Virus record (IMG/VR): IMGVR_UViG_3300030451_002095
Coordinates: 1 to 61,128 of that record
Source: a virus
Lineage: Duplodnaviria; Caudoviricetes
Direction: 5' to 3' (one strand)
DNA length: 61,128 bases
A program made the position numbers and the translations under genes. Positions 53,481 to 61,128 of this stretch are shown here, piece after piece; position 1 is the first letter of the stretch; each line of letters starts with the position of its first letter. Under the pieces are notes generated by a model. The model ran no database searches. It was not told where the DNA came from and was given only the letters and a program-made list of their open reading frames with translations.

Positions 53481-54413
53481 ATGGCATATATTACAGATTA
53501 CGTTTATTACGAAAATAATATTGGACCTCCTTTTAATAGTCCTTCGGACGCTAATTGGGGTTCGTATCAATATGTTTCTTTAGAGGATATAGTAAATAAT
53601 TTTATGTTAATGTATCAAGGTAACAATGAAATTATTAATAATGTAAACAGATATCAAGTATTGTTTCATGCAAAAAGAGGAATTCAAGAACTGAATTACG
53701 ATGCAATGAAAGAAATAAAAATATTAGAACTTACTATTTGTGATCAATTAAGATTTATCCTTCCTCCGGACTATGTGAACTGGGTAAGAATATCATGGGA
53801 AAAAGACGGTATGTTGTATCCTATGACTGAAAATATTCAAACTAATTGGAGTGGAGCTTATTTACAAGATCATGATTGTAGAATATTATTTGATATAGAT
53901 GGAAATGTATTAAAACCAGATAAGTCTTTTTGGGACAAACAAAGAATAGATGGTACTCAAAAAACTATGTACTTAGGAGAAGGTCAATATAATGGACAGC
54001 AAGGATGGTGTATAGATGGGTGCTGGTATTTTGATTATCAAATAGGAGACAGGTTTGGTTTAAATACCGAAACCGCAAATATAAACCCTACTTTTAGTAT
54101 AAATAAAAAAGGAGGGGTCATTAATTTTAATTCAGTTATGTCTGGCAAAATGGTAGTATTAGAATACGTGTCAGACGGTATGGAGAATGGTGATGACTCC
54201 AGCGTTAGTGTAAACAAATTATTTGAAGAATTTTTATACGCATATATTAAATTTGCTATTTTAAATGGTAGATACGGGGTTCAAGAATATGTAATTAATC
54301 GAGCACGGAAAGACAAGTCTTCTTTGCTTCGTAATGCAAAATTAAGATTAAGTAATATACACCCTGGACGACTCTTACAAAATTTAAGAGGCCAGGATAA
54401 ATGGTTAAAATAA
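53481..54413 (+). CDS. Second tail ring/tubular protein
   Basis: FHAKRGIQELNYD, LPPDYVNWVRIS, LEYVSDG. Confidence 0.65.
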   Translation: MAYITDYVYYENNIGPPFNSPSDANWGSYQYVSLEDIVNNFMLMYQGNNEIINNVNRYQVLFHAKRGIQELNYDAMKEIKILELTICDQLRFILPPDYVNWVRISWEKDGMLYPMTENIQTNWSGAYLQDHDCRILFDIDGNVLKPDKSFWDKQRIDGTQKTMYLGEGQYNGQQGWCIDGCWYFDYQIGDRFGLNTETANINPTFSINKKGGVINFNSVMSGKMVVLEYVSDGMENGDDSSVSVNKLFEEFLYAYIKFAILNGRYGVQEYVINRARKDKSSLLRNAKLRLSNIHPGRLLQNLRGQDKWLK

Positions 54414-54414
54414 T

Positions 54415-57400
54415 ATGGGGTCAAAACTAACATCAACTAATTTTGTAGCGGGTAAAATGAATAAGTCTATTGACGAAAGACTTGTTCCTCCTGGAGAATA
54501 TATAGACGCGTTAAATGTTCGTTTAGGGTCTACTGAAAACACAGAAATTGGAGCTGTAGAGAATTCGCGAGGTAATAGTATTTTAACAACTTTAGAATAT
54601 AACAACCAACCTTTAACTGGAGACGTTAGGTGTATCGGGGCTTATGAAGACGGAATAAATGAAACTATTTATTGGTTTGTTCATAACGAAAACAATCCTA
54701 ATTCTGTTGTAACGGGTGTTGTAGATTTAGTAGTTTCATACAATACTAACACAGGTTCTTTGGTTTATCATTGTATTAGCACTGAAGTTTTACAGTTTGA
54801 TTTTAAATATCTTATAACGGGTGTTAATAAAATAGACAATCTTTTATTTTGGACAGATGATTTAAACCCTCCTCGAGTTATAAATGTAACGTCTGATTAT
54901 GATTATCCTGTAGCTGGACTTGACAATGTATTTGAAGAAGAGGATGTAAGTGTTATTGTAAAGCCTCCTGGTTATGAGGATTTTGACACAACAGTAAATC
55001 AATATATGCCTTTAGGGTCTCCAGAAGTAGAGCTTTATCGTTTAGTTGGACAGGAAAATTATATGGAAACCAGGTTTTTATGTTTTGCGTATAGATATAG
55101 GTATGCAGACGGTCAATATAGCGCGATATCTTTATTTAGCACTCCTGCTTATCAGCCTAATCAGTTTAGATTTAGTATTCAAAATTACTTAAACTCTGGA
55201 ATGAGAAATCGTTTTAACGCTTGTAGAGTTACTTTTTCTACAGGATCAAAACGAGTAAAAGAAATTGACCTCTTATACAAACAGAGTACTTCTAATACTA
55301 TATATGTAATAAAAAGATTTAACAAACAAGATTTAGGAATACCTGATAATGACTACGAAACAGTTTCTTTTTCTAACAGTGAAATATATACTACTTTAGG
55401 TTCGGATGAGCTATTAAGATTATATGACAATGTGCCGCGAACAGCTAAAGCTCAAACCATACAAGGTAATCGTTTAATGTACGGAAATTATGTAGACGGT
55501 TATGATGTGACAATTACTCCGGGAGGAGCAGAAATAGATATAGATTACTTTACGTCTCCTAATTCAAAAGAGATTGCAGGAGAGGCTATTGGAGATGGAG
55601 GAACTACAAATCCTTTAACTAATAACTCTCCTTATACTTTCGGTCCTGGAACAGCTGGTCAAGACTCTGTTCTTATATGGGATTTAACCAATGCTAATCC
55701 TGTAGCTGGAGACATTGTGGCGGGAACCACTTTTAATTTTTCATTTTCTATAGAGCAAAATCAATTAATTTGTAATCCCGGAGGAACTCCTGATTGTGTG
55801 GCAGCCAGTACTTATGTACAGTCTTCCCCTTTTAACGTTTCAATGACATTTACATGTCCGGTAGATTATCCAGATGTAACCGCTATGTGTGCGAGTCCTG
55901 AATTTGCAGAAAGAATTGGTGGTAATGCTGCTCAAGGGTATACTGGAACAGGAGTGATACAAGAACTTTATCCGTGTAACAATTCAGATAATGGGGGAAC
56001 ATTAAGTGATAGATTTTATTCTAACGCAGTTAGCCCAATGACAGGGACAACTATGAGTTTAATAAGTGGAGGAATGGACGCGGCTCATCAGTGTACCACT
56101 CCTATTGCTGGGTGGCCTCTTACTTGTAGTACCACTGTGGTTTCTTCAGGGGTTACTGATGGAGCTGTTGCGGGTTTTTTAACCGACTCTACAGCTGACT
56201 TTATTACAGACGGTGTATCTAATGGGGACCAGGTTATGGATATGTCCACTGGTTTAACAGCTACCGTAGACACTTCGGTTAACCCTATTACAGCAACTTC
56301 TTTGCCCATCGTAGATAATACAGGTGGTTTAGCTACATTAGAAACTTCGGGGGTTACATTTCAAGTGGTAGCAGGTTCAGGAGCTGCTGCTCCGTGTGAT
56401 CCTTATGGTTTTGAATTTACGCCTGTAGCAGGAGGGTTTCAATTAAAACTTCCAGCTACTCAATATTGGGCTGATGACGGGGCTGGAGTTACTTCAGAAG
56501 CTTTTATTTATTATAACTTTATTGCTTATGGTTGTAGTGCAGGGTATTTAACTTCTCAAGACCAGGGTAGTTTGCACTCTAATAGAGATTACGAGACAGG
56601 TATTGTTTATATGGATGAATACGGAAGAGCTTCTACCGTATTAGTAAGTAACACTAATACCACTTACTTTGATCCGGCAACCTCTGTATTTAAAAATAGA
56701 ATAACAGTTAATCTTTCAAGTTTACCTCCATGGTGGGCTAAAAAATATAAGTTTGTAGTTAAACCAAGTGAGGGGACATATAATACTATATTTTCCAATA
56801 TTTTTTACAAACAAGATGGGACAGCTACAGCTTCTACAGGTGCTGCTACAGAAAACGACCCAAGTTTAGTATGGTTTAAATTAGAAGGAAATAATCAAAA
56901 CTTAGTAAAAGTAGGAGACGAATTAATAGTTAAAGTAGATACCGCGGGGGCAGTATTAACTGAAGAAAAATGTACTATATTAGCTATCGAGGCGTTTCCT
57001 TCTAAAGGAATAACAAGTAAATCCTTAAAAGGTTTGTACATGTGTTTAAAACCATCAGGATGGACTATTGAATCAACACAACAGAATTATTTTAGAGGTA
57101 CTAAAAAGAAAGACGCAAATGATACCGGGAATTGTGCTGATGGATGTATAAATAATTATGATCTTAATGATGACGGAAGTCCTGGAGTGCCTTATACTAT
57201 ACCAGCGGGTTCTACTATTAGAATACGAATAGATAATTGGCGTGGTGGTGGTGATGGAAACTGCGACTCTAAACGTCTTAAATATGATAAAACATTTATT
57301 TCTACCGCAGACTACCCTAACTTTCATGCTTGGTCAGTAGGAGATGATTTGCAAAGTCAAATGACTTGTAATCAAGCTCAAGAGTGTTATGAAATGAATA

Positions 57401-59601
57401 TTTCTTATGACCCAGCCTTATCTTCTTCAGGAGGTTGTACTTACAGTTGTTTTAATACTAAGTGTAGGTGTAGGGTAGCAAGTAATGGTGAAATGTTTTT
57501 TGTAAACACATGTGGTATACCAAGGTGTTGGGAATGGTTTGAAAGATATGACGGTCATTGCTCTACATTAATTGAGGTAACAAGAGGAGGTTCTTTATTA
57601 GTATGGGAAAGCGTTCCTCAAGATGCAGATCCTAATTTATTTTATGACGCTTCTGATTTATTAGATATAGAGCCTTTAGTACCAGGAGGTCAAGGATACC
57701 ACATGGCTAAAAGAAATTTTGTTAAATCCTTATTACCAGGAGATCCTTACTCGCTACCATCAGGAGAAATTGATCAAAGCCCCGTAACGGATTTAGTTAC
57801 TACTTTAGATTTTTATAACTGTTTTACATTTGGAAATGGGGTAGAAAGTTATAGAATTCAAGACAGTCCAGCAGGAAAAAGTTTTAATTTAGGAGAGAGG
57901 GTTTTAGCTGTTTCTAATCAAGACTTTAAAGAAGCGGATAGATTTGCAGGAATGACGTATAGTGGTGTTTTTAGCGGGCCGGCTAACTCTAACAATCTTA
58001 ATGAGTTTAATTTAGGATTAGCTAACTACAAAGATTGTGAAACTCGTTTTGGTCCTATCATGAAAATGCACTCGAGAGAAACGGATATTTTAGTTCTTCA
58101 AGAAGATAGGATAACTTATGTATTATCTGGTAAAAATGTTATTACAGATTCTACAGGAGGAGGAGCAATAGCTTCAGTGCCAGAAGTATTGGGAACACAA
58201 ATAGCAAGAATAGAAGAATATGGTATAAGTTTTAATCCAGAAAGTTTTGCCGCTTGGGGTTATGATATGTTTTTTACAGACACTAAAAGAGGAGCTGTAA
58301 TAAATTTAAGAGGAGCTTCTCAAGGGAGTGATCAATTACAAACTATTCAGGCTTACGGAATGAACTCTTGGTTTAGAGATAATTTTAATGCTAATTTAAC
58401 TACTCAAAAATTAGGAGGCTACGATCCATATATGAAAGAATTTGTGTTAGGTACTAACTTAAGACAAGTTCCGGTTCCGGTTCCTTTAGTTCCTTGCGGT
58501 CAGCAAATTCAACAAATGTCCTCGTCTTCGCCTGTAGTTTTTGAAGTGGATTTAGGATTGGTAATAGGCCAGGTAGATATTCCTTATAATATTTCAAGCG
58601 GAACTATTAATATTGATGTGGTCTGGAATGGAGTAACTTATAGTTCAGGAAACGTAAGTGCTAACGGTTCGTTTAATTTTAATAAAACCCTTAACACTCC
58701 TGATACAGCAGAAGTTACTATTACTCCAATAACACCTACCGCAAGCTATGATATAACAGTTGAATGTCCTCCTGAAGTTCCATTAACCGTTATTCAAGTG
58801 GTAGTTAACTCTCCAAACTATTCTGGTCAATTTATTACTACTAATTACAATTGGACAGACGGAACAACTATTAGTCCTTATACAGGTTTTTCTCCTGCTG
58901 AACTAATAACATTACAACCTTCAGAGTATCAGGCTCAAACAGGAGTTAGATCTATAGGAGTTTTTCCTTATTCGGGAGCGGATATAAAATTGAGAACCCA
59001 AAAAATACCACCTGATGATTTTGATTTTAACCCATTACATCATAGGTTTAGAATACTTTCTTCTCCTATTTTATATACTAATTCTCCAGCTGATATAGCA
59101 AGTCTATTAGCCAACGCTCCTGTAGTTTCAGGACCAATTACTGGTGGGCCAACTCAATATCAAGCAATAGAAGCTGGATTCTCTATGCCTTTAGCAAACC
59201 CATACCTATATTTAATTTGGGACTTAAGGTTAATTACAAATATGCAATTATGTTATTGTTCACCACCTCCAGCAGCAACCGTAGATGATGTGTGTTGTTC
59301 TTGTTCGGTAGGTTGTGGGCAAATTTATTTAGGACCTCAAACATTTAGTGAAGCGGCAGTGTGCGCTACTAATGTTCAAAGTGCTGGAGCTGTAGGTTTG
59401 GTTGGGTTCAATAGTAATGGAGCTAATCCAGAATTAGGAGCAATAGTATACGACAACACTTCATGCTTAGCAGGTAGTTCAGGAAACTATCAAGCGGCAG
59501 GATTTTATATAATGGATGTTAACAATCCAGGTACCAATAATCCAAAACAGTGGATACAAATTGGAGCTAACGGAGTGGTAATAAACACAGGAACATGTTA
59601 A
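54415..59601 (+). CDS. Tail nozzle/stabilisation protein (1728 aa)
   Basis: GKMNKSIDERLVPPGEYIDALNVR N-terminus, FAYRYRY, NRLMYGNY, FGNGVES, YGISFNPESF. Confidence 0.8.
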   Translation: MGSKLTSTNFVAGKMNKSIDERLVPPGEYIDALNVRLGSTENTEIGAVENSRGNSILTTLEYNNQPLTGDVRCIGAYEDGINETIYWFVHNENNPNSVVTGVVDLVVSYNTNTGSLVYHCISTEVLQFDFKYLITGVNKIDNLLFWTDDLNPPRVINVTSDYDYPVAGLDNVFEEEDVSVIVKPPGYEDFDTTVNQYMPLGSPEVELYRLVGQENYMETRFLCFAYRYRYADGQYSAISLFSTPAYQPNQFRFSIQNYLNSGMRNRFNACRVTFSTGSKRVKEIDLLYKQSTSNTIYVIKRFNKQDLGIPDNDYETVSFSNSEIYTTLGSDELLRLYDNVPRTAKAQTIQGNRLMYGNYVDGYDVTITPGGAEIDIDYFTSPNSKEIAGEAIGDGGTTNPLTNNSPYTFGPGTAGQDSVLIWDLTNANPVAGDIVAGTTFNFSFSIEQNQLICNPGGTPDCVAASTYVQSSPFNVSMTFTCPVDYPDVTAMCASPEFAERIGGNAAQGYTGTGVIQELYPCNNSDNGGTLSDRFYSNAVSPMTGTTMSLISGGMDAAHQCTTPIAGWPLTCSTTVVSSGVTDGAVAGFLTDSTADFITDGVSNGDQVMDMSTGLTATVDTSVNPITATSLPIVDNTGGLATLETSGVTFQVVAGSGAAAPCDPYGFEFTPVAGGFQLKLPATQYWADDGAGVTSEAFIYYNFIAYGCSAGYLTSQDQGSLHSNRDYETGIVYMDEYGRASTVLVSNTNTTYFDPATSVFKNRITVNLSSLPPWWAKKYKFVVKPSEGTYNTIFSNIFYKQDGTATASTGAATENDPSLVWFKLEGNNQNLVKVGDELIVKVDTAGAVLTEEKCTILAIEAFPSKGITSKSLKGLYMCLKPSGWTIESTQQNYFRGTKKKDANDTGNCADGCINNYDLNDDGSPGVPYTIPAGSTIRIRIDNWRGGGDGNCDSKRLKYDKTFISTADYPNFHAWSVGDDLQSQMTCNQAQECYEMNISYDPALSSSGGCTYSCFNTKCRCRVASNGEMFFVNTCGIPRCWEWFERYDGHCSTLIEVTRGGSLLVWESVPQDADPNLFYDASDLLDIEPLVPGGQGYHMAKRNFVKSLLPGDPYSLPSGEIDQSPVTDLVTTLDFYNCFTFGNGVESYRIQDSPAGKSFNLGERVLAVSNQDFKEADRFAGMTYSGVFSGPANSNNLNEFNLGLANYKDCETRFGPIMKMHSRETDILVLQEDRITYVLSGKNVITDSTGGGAIASVPEVLGTQIARIEEYGISFNPESFAAWGYDMFFTDTKRGAVINLRGASQGSDQLQTIQAYGMNSWFRDNFNANLTTQKLGGYDPYMKEFVLGTNLRQVPVPVPLVPCGQQIQQMSSSSPVVFEVDLGLVIGQVDIPYNISSGTINIDVVWNGVTYSSGNVSANGSFNFNKTLNTPDTAEVTITPITPTASYDITVECPPEVPLTVIQVVVNSPNYSGQFITTNYNWTDGTTISPYTGFSPAELITLQPSEYQAQTGVRSIGVFPYSGADIKLRTQKIPPDDFDFNPLHHRFRILSSPILYTNSPADIASLLANAPVVSGPITGGPTQYQAIEAGFSMPLANPYLYLIWDLRLITNMQLCYCSPPPAATVDDVCCSCSVGCGQIYLGPQTFSEAAVCATNVQSAGAVGLVGFNSNGANPELGAIVYDNTSCLAGSSGNYQAAGFYIMDVNNPGTNNPKQWIQIGANGVVINTGTC

Positions 59602-59627
59602 AAATTAAAAATTAAATATATTAAACT

Positions 59628-61040
59628 ATGTCACCAATTACTTGTATTACAGGAACATATTATTGGGCGGGAACATCATTTGCTACCGCTACTCAGATTT
59701 ACTCAGACGCTAATTTAACTACCGTTGCTAACGATGGGTGGTATTCGGTAGGGGGAATATATAGACAAATGGTAGGAGGGGTTTTAGGACCTCAAGTACC
59801 GTGCCCTTCATGTGTAGTTCCTTGTGGTACGAATTTATCTATCGGAGGTTTTAGCACGGGTTTATTTGCTATTTCTTTTGACATGGGTACAGCCCCAGGC
59901 GCTGCGGTTATAACTTTTAGTTCTGGTGTTAGAAATGATACTTTTAGACCTATACCTGATGGTTTAACTTGGAACTATAATGGAATGTCTGGATCAGAAG
60001 GAAGTTCGTTAGTTGGAGGGTATCAAAAAGGAGTAATAGGAGCACCAGATGGTCCTCCTGCAACATTTAGTGTTCCTTGTTTTAATACAAACCCAGGTAG
60101 CCCTCCTATTACTACAGCTACAGGTAGTAATGGTATTCAACCTAACGGAGCTCAATATTATGTATGGGACGCGGGTATTAGTAATTTTGTAGCGTCAGGA
60201 GCAGCGGCTATGGGGCCTTACACTGGTATTACTAATAATGTTAATGGTTCTTCAGGTGTATATCCTAATATAGAATCATTAGAAACAACATGTTTAGATT
60301 GGAATTGTACAAATATTAATACTAATGATTGTGGCGGCGGGGGTACAGCCTTAGATATTCCGCCATCTCCATTTGACCCTACTCAACCGATAGCTCCTAA
60401 TTTAGCAAGCGCTCTTGGTTCTCCTTGGCCTTTATCTAACGGAGAATACAGAGGGTGGACTACAGTTATTCCTTCTCCTCCTGGAGTTACAAATAGTATT
60501 GCTACTATTATGATAACAGCTCCTTGTATAAACACATGGTGGGGAATAAATGTACAGTGTCCTCGTCAATTGACAGCTATATCTGCGGGACCTCAAAACC
60601 CTTTAGGTACAGCTTTTGCAACAGTATGTGGGCAGACGATTAATAGTAGTATTTATCATGTTCCTGTGGATAATTCAGGGAATAGTAATCCCAACTCTGC
60701 TTATTATGACGCTACAACAGCTCCTAATGGTTTCCCTGATGAATATGACCCTGCTGACCCGGCTAAAATTGGTCAACCTAACGGAGTTTTAGGATTGCAT
60801 GATTGGGTTTTTTCAGACCCTAATGGCGAAACTCCTTTGCCTATAGGAATGTATAAAGTACAATTTGATCCAACAGGAGGGTCAACTCCATTAAACTATG
60901 TAATAGAGGTAGGGTTTTTAGAATATAGAGATGTAGATGGAGCAGGTCATGCGTTACCACCAGAAGGGTATCCAGGACCAACACAATCAACAGGAACAAG
61001 ACAACCAGGAATAGTAAGATCAATAACTCTTTGTCCATAA
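59628..61040 (+). CDS. Tail-associated Pro/Gly/Cys-rich structural protein
   Basis: 470-aa ORF between the nozzle gene and the wrap-around gene. Confidence 0.6.
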   Translation: MSPITCITGTYYWAGTSFATATQIYSDANLTTVANDGWYSVGGIYRQMVGGVLGPQVPCPSCVVPCGTNLSIGGFSTGLFAISFDMGTAPGAAVITFSSGVRNDTFRPIPDGLTWNYNGMSGSEGSSLVGGYQKGVIGAPDGPPATFSVPCFNTNPGSPPITTATGSNGIQPNGAQYYVWDAGISNFVASGAAAMGPYTGITNNVNGSSGVYPNIESLETTCLDWNCTNINTNDCGGGGTALDIPPSPFDPTQPIAPNLASALGSPWPLSNGEYRGWTTVIPSPPGVTNSIATIMITAPCINTWWGINVQCPRQLTAISAGPQNPLGTAFATVCGQTINSSIYHVPVDNSGNSNPNSAYYDATTAPNGFPDEYDPADPAKIGQPNGVLGLHDWVFSDPNGETPLPIGMYKVQFDPTGGSTPLNYVIEVGFLEYRDVDGAGHALPPEGYPGPTQSTGTRQPGIVRSITLCP

Positions 61041-61051
61041 AATAAATAATT

Positions 61052-61128
61052 ATGCCAACACCATACGAACCAGCAACAATATCATATAGTGAAGACGTCA
61101 AAGGATGGCCTTCTTTTTATTCTTTTTT
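61052..61128 (+). CDS. 5' end of the gene that continues at 1..807
   Basis: In frame across the terminal overlap. Confidence 0.85.
   Translation, partial: MPTPYEPATISYSEDVKGWPSFYSF

Noticed and set aside
147-61101. Other short antisense ORFs nested in long genes (e.g. 147..575, 30058..30384, 39755..40153, 43901..44221, 60841..61101)
   Set aside because: They oppose well-supported genes and lack leaders or motifs.
61076-61128. 53-bp terminal repeat as a biological direct terminal repeat
   Set aside because: It falls inside a continuous gene and has k-mer-like length, so it is best read as assembler overlap.
1-61128. Stop-codon reassignment
   Set aside because: Long genes are intact in code 11, and TAG and TGA end genes at sensible places (807, 39342, 31492, 45275).
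1-61128. Prophage or temperate module
   Set aside because: No integrase, repressor pair, ParA or flanking host genes were recognised.

Overview
The window is very probably a complete, circularly permuted phage genome of about 61,075 bp; bases 61076-61128 repeat 1-53 and one gene runs across the join. The gene set and TAnnTTTG promoters point to a podovirus-like phage of Bacteroidota, probably Flavobacteriia. It has two divergent arms. The minus arm (28775 to 12521) carries small early genes, Sak, PD-(D/E)XK and SSB recombination genes, a primase-helicase, an SF2 helicase, VRR-NUC, HNH and two DnaA-domain-IV-like proteins. The plus arm (29305 through the join to 12524) carries GroEL/GroES, many tiny basic proteins, lysis genes, tail fibres, terminase, portal, capsid, tail and very large ejection proteins. 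I found no DNA polymerase, RNA polymerase, integrase, tRNA or CRISPR array. Four signals stand out. (1) Two canonical type I hammerhead ribozymes on the early transcript bracket an unannotated 57-aa ORF. (2) A 5.7-kb early region has only three GpC dinucleotides, so alanine is almost gone from 18 consecutive proteins. (3) The strand switch has a pseudo-palindromic, T-free structure. (4) Two origin-like loci share nearly identical motif spacing. All counts and family calls were made by eye, without searches.
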